Notes: generated by a model from the sequence alone, not told the origin. Counted from the stretch's first letter, positions 9,975 through 20,378 are shown. The stretch is DNA of 64,000 nt from Candidatus Bruticola sp. (GCA_051874735.1 JBJEGD010000031.1:98681-162680); one strand, 5' to 3'. Numbers and translations: made by a program.

Positions 9975-10101
9975 GTAATTATGGGGGAGGATTAGCAGAC
10001 TCATTTAAAAAAGTTTGCACATTGATATTTGTAGTTATTGTGACCAGTTGAGCTACTGTAGCTGAAAAGTTTGGGAAAGTTCAGCTGATCGGAGGTTTCA
10101 C

Positions 10102-11046
10102 TTGAATATAAACGTGTTCAGAAACATGCGCCTCAATATATTAGCTGCTGCGGCTTTAGTGTTCGTACTTATAAGCAGTACAAAAATGTCTGCCCAGCAG
10201 GCTGCGGCCGCTGAGCCAGGAACTAAGGATAGCGGTTATGCCGTACTAATTGTTGGCGACGAATCTAAGCCAGATATGGCGCGTGCAGAAAAAGAGTTAA
10301 TTGCGGAAATTACCAAGCTATTAGTAGAAAAAGACGACAAGGGTGCCTATAAATATAGTCGGGCCCGATCGGGGATGCAGGTATTTTCCTATCACGTTAA
10401 TCACGAGCGTGAAAAACAGTTCTGTGAGAAGAAGCTTAACATTTTAGGGGAAGATTTACTTTTCTTGGGAGTTATTTCTCTTAATGGCCGGTTGCCCGGT
10501 AAGGTCGTTTACCGAGTCGATCGCATTGTAAATGAAAAGCGAGCTGCAGCTGAAATTTTTAATTATGCGGAAGAGTTGTTAGCTGGTGGGGCTCTGCCTG
10601 CTGTACAAACTCCAGCTAAGTCAGAAACGGCAGTTAATAAACCTGCAGCGATCGCTAGTTCCGATACAGATAAAAAGACGACTTCAGTCTCTAAACCTGC
10701 TGTCAGTGCCCCCAGTTCTTCTTCTGTTTCTACTTCTAATACTGCTGCTAGCCGTCCCGCTGTGCAGGCTCCGTCTTCTAAGAAATATCCTCCTGTTCCC
10801 GAAGGCAAATATTTAAGCTGTCAGGTTGGCGCTTTCTCTAATGAAGTCAATGCCAAAGAATTAGTTGACGATTTGAAAGCTAAAGGATATGAGGCTGCTT
10901 ATCGCAAGTTCGAGCGTTCTGGAGGCAGTTTCTTCTACAGGGTGTACTCTGGCTCGTTCTCAACCAGAGCTGACGCTGAGGCTGCTTTGCAGCGTCTCAA
11001 AGAGCATGGTTTCGATAAAGCCATTTTAGTAACTCTAGACAAATAA
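10102..11046 (+). CDS. Exported SPOR-domain (peptidoglycan-binding) protein
   Basis: Signal-like N-terminus, S/T/A/P linker, C-terminal QVGAFSNEVNA...YRVYSGSFSTRADAEAALQRLK; RBS GGAGG 10091-10095. Confidence 0.85.
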   Translation: MNINVFRNMRLNILAAAALVFVLISSTKMSAQQAAAAEPGTKDSGYAVLIVGDESKPDMARAEKELIAEITKLLVEKDDKGAYKYSRARSGMQVFSYHVNHEREKQFCEKKLNILGEDLLFLGVISLNGRLPGKVVYRVDRIVNEKRAAAEIFNYAEELLAGGALPAVQTPAKSETAVNKPAAIASSDTDKKTTSVSKPAVSAPSSSSVSTSNTAASRPAVQAPSSKKYPPVPEGKYLSCQVGAFSNEVNAKELVDDLKAKGYEAAYRKFERSGGSFFYRVYSGSFSTRADAEAALQRLKEHGFDKAILVTLDK

Positions 11047-11061
11047 CGAGCTGTTAAGTTC

Positions 11062-13110
11062 GTGAATTCATCAGTAAACAAATATGCCCGTGTTGTAATC
11101 GAATCTTCAGCGCGGGCATTAGATCGTATGTTCACTTACGAGATACCGGAGGAATTCCAAAGCGGCTTGGCCGTAGGTTGTGTGGTTGAGGTTCCTCTAG
11201 GGTCTCGTTTTTTAAATGGCGTAGTTGTTGATGTCTATACTGAACTTAGTGAGCAGGATAAACAATATTCTCTACGTCCTATATCCCAGGTTTTGGAGGC
11301 TGCGCCTTTTTGGGGTGGCGAGTTAATGAAATTGGTGCAGATAATGCGTCAATTTTATGCCGGATCTTGGTATGATAGCTTTCAAACTGTAGTGCCTACG
11401 CCAGTTATGAAGCGGTTGCGTTCAATGTGGGCGAAAAAAAGGGTACTTTCTAAGAAGCGCTTGAAATCTGAAATAAAAGATATTTCTGATTATCCTCTTT
11501 TGCCACTCACCTCAGAGCAGGACAAAGCTGTAGAAATGATTTGCCGCTCTGCTGATGATGGTAAGCCTGTTCTACTTTATGGAGTAACTGGAAGCGGAAA
11601 AACTGAGGTCTATTTGCAGGCTTTGCACCGTATTTTAAAACAGGGAAGACAAGGCATAGTGCTAGTGCCGGAGCTCTCTCTTACTCCTCAGGCTATAGAG
11701 CGTTATTGTGGCCGTTTAGGTGATAAAGTTGGTGTTCTTCATTCCGCTTTAGGTGATGCTGAAAGGCGCGATTATTGGTGGGCCATGCGGCGAGGGGAAC
11801 TGAGCGTCGCTTTAGGCACGCGATCCGCGATATTTGCTCCTTTTGAAAATATTGGCTTTATTTGCGTTGATGAAGAACACGAATCATCCTATAAACAAGA
11901 AAATCAGCCGCGTTATCATGCTCGTCAAGTGGCTTTTATGCGAGCTAAACAGCATAAAGCTGCTCTTGTATTGGGTAGTGCAACCCCTTCAATTGAAAGT
12001 TACTATTTGGCGCAGAAAGGGGTCTATCGTTTAGCCAAACTGAATAGCCGCCCCGGTGGACGAAAACTTCCTCCCATTCGTTTAATAGACATGCGCTTAG
12101 AGAAAAAAAATGGCGGCTTAATTTCTCAAGCTTTAAAAGAGGCTTTAAAACTGCGCTTGAGCAGAGGAGAACAGTCTGTTTTGCTTTTGAACAGGCGCGG
12201 CTTTGCCGGCAGTTTGCAGTGCAACGCCTGTGGCTATGTGCCTCATTGTCCTAATTGCAGCATAAGTTTAGCCTGGCATCGCCAATCTAAAAAATTGATT
12301 TGTCATTACTGTGATTATCGCCAAGAAGTAAGCGGTTTCTGTCCTAAATGTAAGGATATAAAATTTAAGATGGGAGTACCTGGGGCTGAGCGGCTGGCTG
12401 CTGAGATTGCTGAGTTATTTCCTGGAGTTGGCATATCTAGGCTAGATCGCGATACTGTTTCCAGAAAAGGTTCTCATCAGGCCATTTTAGAGGAATTCAG
12501 CAGCGGTAAGACACAAATTTTATTAGGTACAAAAATGATAGCTAAGGGGCTGGATTATCCCAGAGTTACTTTAGTGGGCATTTTGAGAGCTGATGCTGAG
12601 CTCAGTCAGCCCGATTTTAGGGCTGGGGAACACACCTTTCAGCTGTTGAGTCAAGCGGCTGGCCGAGCTGGCCGAGGTGATTTGGGAGGAGAGGTTTTTC
12701 TGCAAGTTTGGGATGCAGAAAATCCTGTCATCGACGCCGTAGTCAATTACGACTATCAGTCTATGTATGAAAGTGAAATAAAAATAAGGCGTCAACTCCT
12801 TTATCCGCCCTTCCGACGCCTGATTCGCTTTATAATTTCTGGTGAGGACGACTTGCAAGTACAAACAGCGGCTGCTCAAGCTGCAGATATACTGCGGTCA
12901 GCTTTCGCAGCCGATGAGGTTGTGGGCCCAGCCCCATGCCCTATAGAGCGCCTGCAGGGATTATACCGCCGCCATTTGCTAGTGAAAGCTAAGCCGGAAT
13001 ATAGTTTGCGCCAATTAGTTTCATTTTGTACTAAGGTTGCCGCTGAAGTGGGGGAAAAGAATAATGGTACGCGCTTATCTGTAGACCCCGATCCCCAGTC
13101 CCTTATTTAA
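11062..13110 (+). CDS. priA: Primosomal protein N' (replication-restart helicase)
   Basis: GVTGSGKTEVY, LVPELSLTPQ, DEEHESSYKQ, GSATPS, four CxxC pairs, GTKMIAKGLDYP, QAAGRAGR. Confidence 0.96.
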   Translation: MNSSVNKYARVVIESSARALDRMFTYEIPEEFQSGLAVGCVVEVPLGSRFLNGVVVDVYTELSEQDKQYSLRPISQVLEAAPFWGGELMKLVQIMRQFYAGSWYDSFQTVVPTPVMKRLRSMWAKKRVLSKKRLKSEIKDISDYPLLPLTSEQDKAVEMICRSADDGKPVLLYGVTGSGKTEVYLQALHRILKQGRQGIVLVPELSLTPQAIERYCGRLGDKVGVLHSALGDAERRDYWWAMRRGELSVALGTRSAIFAPFENIGFICVDEEHESSYKQENQPRYHARQVAFMRAKQHKAALVLGSATPSIESYYLAQKGVYRLAKLNSRPGGRKLPPIRLIDMRLEKKNGGLISQALKEALKLRLSRGEQSVLLLNRRGFAGSLQCNACGYVPHCPNCSISLAWHRQSKKLICHYCDYRQEVSGFCPKCKDIKFKMGVPGAERLAAEIAELFPGVGISRLDRDTVSRKGSHQAILEEFSSGKTQILLGTKMIAKGLDYPRVTLVGILRADAELSQPDFRAGEHTFQLLSQAAGRAGRGDLGGEVFLQVWDAENPVIDAVVNYDYQSMYESEIKIRRQLLYPPFRRLIRFIISGEDDLQVQTAAAQAADILRSAFAADEVVGPAPCPIERLQGLYRRHLLVKAKPEYSLRQLVSFCTKVAAEVGEKNNGTRLSVDPDPQSLI

Positions 13111-13663
13111 TGAATTGCTGCAGACCTTCAGTCAACGAGGCGCATCTTTCAACTTTATTGTAACGCTGCTGAGTCAGTTGGGAAGCTTCCTTTAGACCGT
13201 ATCCTGTAGAAGTAAGAAAACAACGGCATCCCAGGGAGAGTGGGGCCTCGATATCAGTGATTTTATCACCGAAGGCTATAGAACTGGAGAGATCCAGATC
13301 CCAATCTTGCTGGGCCTGCAAGTACATGCCTGGTTTAGGTTTGCGACAAGAGCAATTTTTTTCCGCCGCAGATACTGAAAACTGAGGATGGTGAGGGCAG
13401 CAATACATGGCTTGGAATTGAGCCCCATAAGTACGTAAATCATTCTGCATATAATCGTAAACTTTATTTACGTCGTCCATAGTGAAATAGCCTCGGGCTA
13501 CTCCTGATTGGTTAGTAACCATAATCAAGAGCCATCCTTGCTTGTATAAAGCGGCTAAAGCTTCAGGTACTCCTGCAATCCAGCGAACTTGCTCAGGTTT
13601 ATGCAAAAAATTCACTTCTTCAATTAGGGTACCATCTCGGTCTAAAAAAATAGCTTTATTCAT
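13103..13663 (-). CDS. gmhB: D-glycero-D-manno-heptose-1,7-bisphosphate phosphatase (HAD IIIA)
   Basis: FLDRDGTL, VTNQSGVARG, CPHHP...CSCRKPKPGM, GDKITD; convergent 8-nt overlap with priA. Confidence 0.9.
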   Translation of the reverse strand: MNKAIFLDRDGTLIEEVNFLHKPEQVRWIAGVPEALAALYKQGWLLIMVTNQSGVARGYFTMDDVNKVYDYMQNDLRTYGAQFQAMYCCPHHPQFSVSAAEKNCSCRKPKPGMYLQAQQDWDLDLSSSIAFGDKITDIEAPLSLGCRCFLTSTGYGLKEASQLTQQRYNKVERCASLTEGLQQFIK

Positions 13664-13928
13664 TAAATTACTACTCTATTTTGGTCATTAGCTACTTTGT
13701 CAGTAAAGTATGACCGCGCTGTCTTTTCCTTTTTTATAAAATGTAGATTAAGTGATGCATCTAGTTCCCGGGTAATCTCTGTAACGGTCAATTTTTTTCC
13801 TGCTTACATAAATAAAAAAGTAGTTGACCATCTTTGCTTTATAATTCTGGGGAGGGTAGCTTATTTTCAGCGTAGAAAGTTCGATTGTTTGATAAAGTTG
13901 TTTAACAGAAGTCGGAGGCTCTTCACTT

Positions 13929-14627
13929 ATGGGTAAACGCACCATTAACATCGCTATTGATGGACCTGCCGCTGGAGGTAAAACTACTGTCGCACGTTTG
14001 GTGGCGGCTCGCTTAGGTCTTTTGTATTTAGACACGGGAATGATGTATAGGGCAGTCGCTTGGCAGGCCCTAAAGCAAGGGTGCGTTTTAGATAACAACC
14101 AGGAGTTAGGCCGCTTAGCTGAAGCCATAAATATGCATTTGGAACCTGATAGTAGCGTCTCTGCCGGATGTCGAGTTATAGTTGACGGTGAAGATATTAC
14201 TGAAGAATTGCACGGGCCAGCGGTTAACAGATCCGTATCTAAGGTAGCCAGTTGCTCTTTGGTGAGAGTAGAAATGGTTAAAAGGCAGAAGTCGATGGCC
14301 GAAGCTGGTGGTATAGTTATGGCTGGCCGCGATATCTGCACGGTGGTTTTGCCCGACGCAGAGCTTAAATACTTCCTCGACGCCTCTTTGGAAGAGAGAG
14401 CTCGCCGCCGCTTGTTGGATATGCAAAACCGTCTAGACAATGCTCTCACTTACGATGATATTTGCCAGCAGTTGGCTGCCCGCGATTATGAAGATACTCA
14501 CCGTTCCGATTCACCTTTAAAACGTTCTCCCGATTCAGCTTACATAGACTGTACGAGTATGAGTGCAGAAGCTGTCGCTGATATTATCTGTCAAGACTAC
14601 GCGGAGGCTTCCCGAGCTAATGAATGA
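13929..14627 (+). CDS. cmk: Cytidylate kinase
   Basis: IAIDGPAAGGKTT, LDTGMMYRA, GRDICTVVLPDA, RDYED..RSDSPL; RBS GGAGG. Confidence 0.95.
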   Translation: MGKRTINIAIDGPAAGGKTTVARLVAARLGLLYLDTGMMYRAVAWQALKQGCVLDNNQELGRLAEAINMHLEPDSSVSAGCRVIVDGEDITEELHGPAVNRSVSKVASCSLVRVEMVKRQKSMAEAGGIVMAGRDICTVVLPDAELKYFLDASLEERARRRLLDMQNRLDNALTYDDICQQLAARDYEDTHRSDSPLKRSPDSAYIDCTSMSAEAVADIICQDYAEASRANE

Positions 14628-15411
14628 ACCGAGCGCTGAGAAGAATTGGCCTACACAGATAAAGGCAGAACATGGGGAAAAAACTGTCTGTTGCGGTTTG
14701 CCTGCAGTCGATTCTTTGCTCTCTATTCCTGAAAGTTTGCGCCATACGTCTTTAGGTAAGGTTTGTTTAAAGCCGCCCGATTTTAAGCAAACTTTGTATA
14801 AAGTAGCTCGCAGTGCCGTTTATTTGTATTGCAGTACTCTATTCGGCGTCGATACAGAAGGTGTGGAAAACATACCGAAAGATGGAGGTTGTCTGATTGC
14901 TTCTAATCATGTCTCTCTTTTCGATCCACCTTTAGTCAGTATTGCTATTAAATTTCGTCAGGTTCATTTTGTGGCCAAAAAGGATCTCTTTATGATCCCC
15001 TTACTGGGCCCTGTGTTGGCCGGTTGCGGCTGTGTTTGGGTAGACAGGAGCTCTAAAGATGGGAGCTCCGTCAATCAGGCTGTCGATCTGTTGAAAAGCG
15101 GACGCCTAGTTGGCATTTTCCCTGAAGGAACCAGATCCAAAGACGGAAAACTGCAGCGGGGTAAGTTAGGCGTTGCAGTGATGGCCCTTAAGAGTGGAGC
15201 TCCTATTGTACCGGCTTGCGTTTTTAATACTTATGAAGTAGGACAAAACCATGGTATCCCTTGCGGACGTCGTTTGAGCATCCGCTTCGGTAGTCCTATA
15301 TTTGTAGGTTTAAATGAACAGCCCGATCCTAAGGCCATGAAAGAAGTCAGCAATAAAGTTATGACAGCTATCGCTGATTTACAGTATCTAGGTCCGGTTT
15401 CCCCCAGTTGA
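14620..15411 (+). CDS. plsC: 1-acyl-sn-glycerol-3-phosphate acyltransferase
   Basis: NHVSLFD (HxxxxD), FVAKKDLF, FPEGTRS. Start moved to ATG 14620 (GGAGG 14603-14607), overlapping the cmk stop. Confidence 0.88.
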   Translation: MNEPSAEKNWPTQIKAEHGEKTVCCGLPAVDSLLSIPESLRHTSLGKVCLKPPDFKQTLYKVARSAVYLYCSTLFGVDTEGVENIPKDGGCLIASNHVSLFDPPLVSIAIKFRQVHFVAKKDLFMIPLLGPVLAGCGCVWVDRSSKDGSSVNQAVDLLKSGRLVGIFPEGTRSKDGKLQRGKLGVAVMALKSGAPIVPACVFNTYEVGQNHGIPCGRRLSIRFGSPIFVGLNEQPDPKAMKEVSNKVMTAIADLQYLGPVSPS

Positions 15412-15493
15412 GTCGTTTTTTTGCTTATACTGCCGCATACTTTGCACTCTGTCATGTTAGCCGGAGTGCTTTATAAATAGGAAATAAATACGT

Positions 15494-16867
15494 ATGAACA
15501 ATCAAATTAAGCCGCGTCTAAACAGCAGTGCCATGGTTGCCATCGTGGGGCGCCCCAATGTAGGCAAATCCGCGCTGTTTAATCGTTTGACTGGTGAACG
15601 CAAGGCTATTGTAGAAGATACGCCAGGTATTACTCGCGATCGTATTTACGGTACTTGTGAGTGGAATGGGCGGACTTTTACCGTTTGTGATACAGGGGGT
15701 ATCGATCCTAACGATCCCGACATTCTGCGTCGTGACATACATCAGCAGGCTCAAATCGCCGTAGATGAATCTGATTTGGTACTTTTTGTGGTGGATATTA
15801 GGGCTGGTGTTCAGCCTCTCGACGAAGAAGTTGCCAATATTTTGCGTCGCTCTAAAAAACCGGTGTTGCTTATTGCCAATAAAGCTGAAACTTTGGAAGT
15901 AGAAACTCACGCCGTAGAATTTTATGCTTTGGGTATGGGCGATCCTTATCCAGTCTCAGCTATACACGGGATTTCTACTGGCGATTTATTAGATGCTATT
16001 TTGGAGAGGTTGCCTCAAGAAGTTAAGCCCAGTGAAGAACAAGAAATTTCCATAGCTTTGGTTGGTCGTCCTAATGTAGGTAAATCTTCTACTATGAATA
16101 GGTTAATTGGCCAAGAGCGCAGCATTGTGCATAATGAAGCTGGTACAACGCGTGATTCTGTGGAAACATTGGTTGATTTTGACGGTCGAGTTGTGCGGTT
16201 AATTGACACTGCCGGTTTGCGCCGTCAGGCTAAAATTGATGAAAACGTAGAATTTTATTCTAGCGTCCGAGCTGCTCAATCTTTGGAAAATGCCGATGTT
16301 GCTATTTTAGTCATCGATGCTAGAGATGGAGTAGTGGCTCAGGATAAGCGCGTAGCCGGAGAGGTGCACGAAGCCGGCAAGCCTTCGGTAATTGTCGTTA
16401 ACAAATGGGATTTAGTTAAAGAGTTAGCAGGATCTGAAGCTGGAGGCCAAACTGGCGGAGCTAAAGTTGAGGAATGGAAGCAGCGTTTTGTTAAAAAACT
16501 GGGCAAAGATCTAGAATTTATGGCCTATGCTCCAGTAATTTTCTCTTCTGCTCTGACTGGCGATGGAGTTGATGAGATTTTAGAGGCAGCTTTAGAATCT
16601 TACGATGAATCACGCCGTCGCGTACCTACGCCCGTCCTCAATCAAGTGGTTAAAGAGGCCGTAGCTTTGCGTCCGCCGCCAAGTTACAAGGGAGATCGTT
16701 TAAAAATTAAATATGTCAGTCAGAGACCTTCGGCTCCGCCTCGATTTACTTTTAAATGCAATTCTCCCGACTTAGTCCATTTTTCTTATAAACGCTATTT
16801 GGAAAATCAGCTGCGCGAGGCTTTCGGTTTTGTGGGTACACCTATTGAGCTGAAATTTGTTAAATAG
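15494..16867 (+). CDS. der: Ribosome biogenesis GTPase Der (EngA)
   Basis: Two G domains (GRPNVGKS twice, DTGG/DTAG, NKAE/NKWD) plus KH-like end YKRYLENQLREAFGFVGTPI. Confidence 0.97.
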   Translation: MNNQIKPRLNSSAMVAIVGRPNVGKSALFNRLTGERKAIVEDTPGITRDRIYGTCEWNGRTFTVCDTGGIDPNDPDILRRDIHQQAQIAVDESDLVLFVVDIRAGVQPLDEEVANILRRSKKPVLLIANKAETLEVETHAVEFYALGMGDPYPVSAIHGISTGDLLDAILERLPQEVKPSEEQEISIALVGRPNVGKSSTMNRLIGQERSIVHNEAGTTRDSVETLVDFDGRVVRLIDTAGLRRQAKIDENVEFYSSVRAAQSLENADVAILVIDARDGVVAQDKRVAGEVHEAGKPSVIVVNKWDLVKELAGSEAGGQTGGAKVEEWKQRFVKKLGKDLEFMAYAPVIFSSALTGDGVDEILEAALESYDESRRRVPTPVLNQVVKEAVALRPPPSYKGDRLKIKYVSQRPSAPPRFTFKCNSPDLVHFSYKRYLENQLREAFGFVGTPIELKFVK

Positions 16868-17123
16868 AGTAGTTCTTCTGGCTGCGTCTATTGGCTGAGG
16901 CGTACAAGTAGTGTTCTGTAAACCGGAAGTTTATATATTACAGTGGGCGGATTTTATCTATTAACGTGGAAATTATGCCCCTGAGGCGCTGTTGAGAGCC
17001 TAGCCAGATTGTTGGAAAGGGTAGTGCGTCTTTTAGTGCCGTGCCAAGCTGATGCAAATTTACAGCGCCATCAGCGCACAGCCATTGGTCTGGAAAGAGT
17101 TTTCCGCATTTTGGAGGAGTAGA

Positions 17124-18146
17124 ATGAATAAATTTTTCTACGGCTTTTTGACGGCAGCCATTTTGTTCGGCTCTGCCGTTTCGGTCAGTGCTGCCGAGTA
17201 TGAATTTTATGTGCGCAACCGTCCTTTTAAAGGTAGTGCTGTAGTTTCTGGTGAAACGGTCAAGGCTTGTCTTGACGATCTGTTTACTTCTTTGCAGTAC
17301 AGTTGGAATATCGATGGCGGCAAGCTTTATGTTTATACGCTGGCTGAAAGTAAGAAGAATGTAAAGAAGGCTGCTGTAGGTGGACCTCTGATTACTTCAG
17401 AAGTTTCTTCTATAGTTTTCGGCGGCAAAGAGTTTTCTCTGCCTATGAGCAGCAAAGCTGGCAAAGTTATCGTCGATGTGAAGGACTTCGCTAAGGCCTT
17501 TGGCTTAAAATATAGCGTTTCTCCTGTCATGGGGAGCATCGATCTGAGTGCGCCGGTCAGCAAATCTCAAATTAGCGCTTTGTCGTTATCTAGCAGTGCA
17601 GCTAAAAGTAAATCTGGCGGTAGCTCTTCTGCAGTTAAGAAAGGCAGTGAAGCCAAATATAAGCTCAACGCTAGCGGACAGATTGAGACTGATGGCAGCA
17701 ACAGAGAGTCTCCTATAGTGGTTAATGACATCGAATGGTTTAACAATGATTCCGGTGGCGCTTATACCGCTGAGGTTCATATGAACAGTGCTAAAATCAC
17801 TAACAGCGGCGCGGAGTCTTTGACTGGAGTTAAGTTCTCAGTTAATGCCGTGCTGTATGATGGCACCGTCATGAATAGTTGGAGTGCTGATGTCGGTACT
17901 TTAGAGGGCGGGAAGAGCTACACGTTAGTTCCCGATAATCCTGTGTGGTTCAATTACAATCGTGTTCCCGTCGATTGCAAAGCTTTAATCAGTCACGATC
18001 CGCCTAAAGATGCTCAGGAAGGTAGTACTCAAGAGGCCTCTTCGGCTCAATCTACCGCTGTACCGACTTCGGCTGCTGTACCGACTTCGAATAGTGTTCA
18101 AAGCAATCCTGATGATCCTATGAGTGAGTTTTGGCCCTCCTTCTAA
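17124..18146 (+). CDS. Secreted hypothetical protein with low-complexity linkers
   Basis: RBS GGAGGAG 17113-17119 before ATG 17124; signal peptide MNKFFYGFLTAAILFGSAVSVSA; Ser/Lys-rich linker; AVPTS repeat near the C-terminus. Confidence 0.8.
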   Translation: MNKFFYGFLTAAILFGSAVSVSAAEYEFYVRNRPFKGSAVVSGETVKACLDDLFTSLQYSWNIDGGKLYVYTLAESKKNVKKAAVGGPLITSEVSSIVFGGKEFSLPMSSKAGKVIVDVKDFAKAFGLKYSVSPVMGSIDLSAPVSKSQISALSLSSSAAKSKSGGSSSAVKKGSEAKYKLNASGQIETDGSNRESPIVVNDIEWFNNDSGGAYTAEVHMNSAKITNSGAESLTGVKFSVNAVLYDGTVMNSWSADVGTLEGGKSYTLVPDNPVWFNYNRVPVDCKALISHDPPKDAQEGSTQEASSAQSTAVPTSAAVPTSNSVQSNPDDPMSEFWPSF

Positions 18147-18337
18147 TCAGCGGGAGATGATTCTGCTTTGGTGGGCAGCATGGGCTGTAAAATTTTAATT
18201 GAAAAAAACTAGGCTCAGCCTAAGCCGATAGGACAGGCGTTCTTCGGAAGAAGCTCTGGAGAGTGATTTCGAGGGGCGTTTTTCTCTGTAGGGGATTTTT
18301 GTACTTGCGCTTTGGTGAGCTGGAGGGAAACAGAGTT

Positions 18338-18922
18338 ATGTCAGTTTTCGAAATTTTGACAGACGGAGCTTCGGTTTTGCGTCGAAAATGCAAGCCGGTA
18401 GAAAAAGTTGACCGCAAAGTGCGTGATATACTCGATCGTATGTTAGAAACTATGTATGCTGCTCCCGGTGTGGGGTTAGCTGCTCCGCAGATCGGGATAT
18501 CTCGTCGCATGATAGTTATGGATGTAGGCAACGGCCCTATCAAGTTGGTGAATCCGAAAGTTACTTTTTTGAGTGATGAAGAGGAACTTGGAATGGAAGG
18601 TTGCCTTTCTTTTCCCGGTTTGGAAGGCGAAGTTTGGCGCTGTACTAAAGTGCGCTTGAGTGGTCTAGATGAGAATGGAGAGAAAGTAAGCTACGAGGGA
18701 GAGGGCCTTTTTGCCCGTTGTGCTCAGCATGAGTGCGACCATCTCGACGGACGTGTCTATGTCGATTTGGCTGAAAATCTTCATAAGGTTTCCGTGACTG
18801 ACGAATCTGATAGCAATAATGAAGCAGAAGGATCATCTGCTGAAGCTGAGCTGGCTGAAAGTGCCGATGCCGTTGGTGAAGCCAATAAAGATGGCAAATC
18901 TGATACGGAAACAAAAGCTTAA
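18338..18922 (+). CDS. def: Peptide deformylase with acidic C-terminal tail
   Basis: GVGLAAPQIG, EGCLS, QHECDHL; RBS GGAGG supports ATG 18338. Confidence 0.96.
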   Translation: MSVFEILTDGASVLRRKCKPVEKVDRKVRDILDRMLETMYAAPGVGLAAPQIGISRRMIVMDVGNGPIKLVNPKVTFLSDEEELGMEGCLSFPGLEGEVWRCTKVRLSGLDENGEKVSYEGEGLFARCAQHECDHLDGRVYVDLAENLHKVSVTDESDSNNEAEGSSAEAELAESADAVGEANKDGKSDTETKA

Positions 18923-18941
18923 CTGAAAGGGCTCTCTGTTA

Positions 18942-19880
18942 ATGCGCATACTATATATGGGAACTCCGCAGTTTGCTGTTCCTGCTTTGCGTAAGCTGGC
19001 TGAGCGTTTTGAGGTTGTCGGAGTGGTTACTCAGCCAGATAAGCCCAAAGGGCGCGGTCATAAGCTTGCTCCGCCTCCTGTCAAAGTTACTGCTTTAGAA
19101 TTGGGGCTGCCCGTTTATCAACCCTTAAAGGTACGCGATCCTGAGTTTCTCGGTCTAGTTAAACAGCTCAATCCCGATTTAATTCTAGTGGCAGCTTATG
19201 CTAAGCTTATACCTAAAACTTTGTTGGAACTTCCCCGCTTAGGTTGTGTAAATCTCCATCCCTCTCTGTTGCCGCGCCACCGCGGAGCGATTCCCGTGCA
19301 GGCGGCTATTATATATGGCGATAAAGTAACCGGTGTATCTACATTTATTATGGAAGAAGGCTACGATACCGGTCCGATTCTTATGAGCAGAGAGACAGCT
19401 ATAGGACCTCAAGAGAGCGGCATTCAGTTGATGGAGCGGCTCGCTGAACTGGGGGCCGATCTGTTAGTGGAGACTGCGCTGGGGTTAGAAGCAGGCGCTT
19501 TGAAAGCTGAGGCTCAAGATGGTGAGTTTAATTATACCAAGCCTTTCCAGAAAGAAGATCTTTTTATAGATTGGTATAAAGATAGCAGACAAATAGCTGA
19601 TTTTGTCAGGGCTCTCTATGATGAGCCGGAAGCTGCCGCCCGTTTTCAAGGACAGGTTGTCAAGATAGGACGAGCTTCAGCCGTCGATTTTGCTGGTGAG
19701 GGGGAAGCTGCCGTTCCTGGACAGATTATCGGTCAAATCAAGGGACGCGGCTATGTAGTTGCGACTGGAAAGGGTGCAGTAGTTTTAGAGCTAGTTAAAC
19801 CTTCTGGTAAGGGCTGGATGGATGGAGCTTCCTTCATGGCCGGACGCCGTCTGCAGATTGGCGATATTTTAGAGACTTAG
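18942..19880 (+). CDS. fmt: Methionyl-tRNA formyltransferase
   Basis: YMGTPQFA, VVTQPDKPKGRG, NLHPSLLPRHRGA.P, DTGPI; follows def. Confidence 0.96.
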   Translation: MRILYMGTPQFAVPALRKLAERFEVVGVVTQPDKPKGRGHKLAPPPVKVTALELGLPVYQPLKVRDPEFLGLVKQLNPDLILVAAYAKLIPKTLLELPRLGCVNLHPSLLPRHRGAIPVQAAIIYGDKVTGVSTFIMEEGYDTGPILMSRETAIGPQESGIQLMERLAELGADLLVETALGLEAGALKAEAQDGEFNYTKPFQKEDLFIDWYKDSRQIADFVRALYDEPEAAARFQGQVVKIGRASAVDFAGEGEAAVPGQIIGQIKGRGYVVATGKGAVVLELVKPSGKGWMDGASFMAGRRLQIGDILET

Positions 19881-20004
19881 GTGACTTAAGCCCTTTCCTA
19901 GGGAAAAAACTTTCCAATAAGTAGGAAAAAAACATTTCAACGTGAACCAAAAGGCCAATGCGGTGTGGACACCGCAATACTTAAAGTAGAGGAATTTAGA
20001 GAAC

Positions 20005-20238
20005 ATGCCTCATATAATTACCGATTCTTGTATCACTTGTGGCTCTTGCGCCGAAAATTGCCCTGTCGAGGCCATTCACACCTCCGATAACGAAGCCCAG
20101 TATTTCATCAATCCTGAAGTGTGCATCGACTGTGGCGCTTGCAAGAGCTGCTGCGGAGCTGACGCTATTTATGCTGATGATGAGATTCCCGCTGATAAAG
20201 AGGACTTCATCAAGGTCAACGCTGAATTCTATAAATAG
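20005..20238 (+). CDS. Dicluster 2x[4Fe-4S] ferredoxin
   Basis: CITCGSCAENCP and CIDCGACKSCCG; FdxA-like C-terminal tail; RBS AGAGG. Confidence 0.92.
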   Translation: MPHIITDSCITCGSCAENCPVEAIHTSDNEAQYFINPEVCIDCGACKSCCGADAIYADDEIPADKEDFIKVNAEFYK

Positions 20239-20278
20239 TTTTTCATTTGATCCATCCTGCTAACAGGATGTAAATTAG

Positions 20279-20345
20279 AAGCGGTTTGCATCTGAGTCGG
20301 GTAGCTGTTTGCCATTCTGGCTCCGGCTGACAACACCGCTTTTTT
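20279..20345 (+). terminator. Long imperfect hairpin plus U-tract between ferredoxin and metF (terminator or attenuator)
   Basis: AAGCGGT 20279-20285 / ACCGCTT 20335-20341, inner AGTCGG/CCGGCT, followed by a T-run. Confidence 0.5.
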
Positions 20346-20378
20346 ATTTTAGTATCTCCTTTTTATGAGGAAACGGTA

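Noticed and set aside
13697-14449. ORFs 13697-13936(+), 13748-14449(-) and 14115-14426(-)
   Set aside because: Promoter-region or antisense shadows of cmk with no recognisable motifs.
18205-18231. GCCGATAG as a sigma-28 -10 box upstream of def
   Set aside because: No TAAA -35 at the required spacing, and an unlikely target.
20239-20378. SAM-I (S-box) riboswitch upstream of metF
   Set aside because: Conserved S-box core sequences are not visible; only generic hairpins, reported as such.
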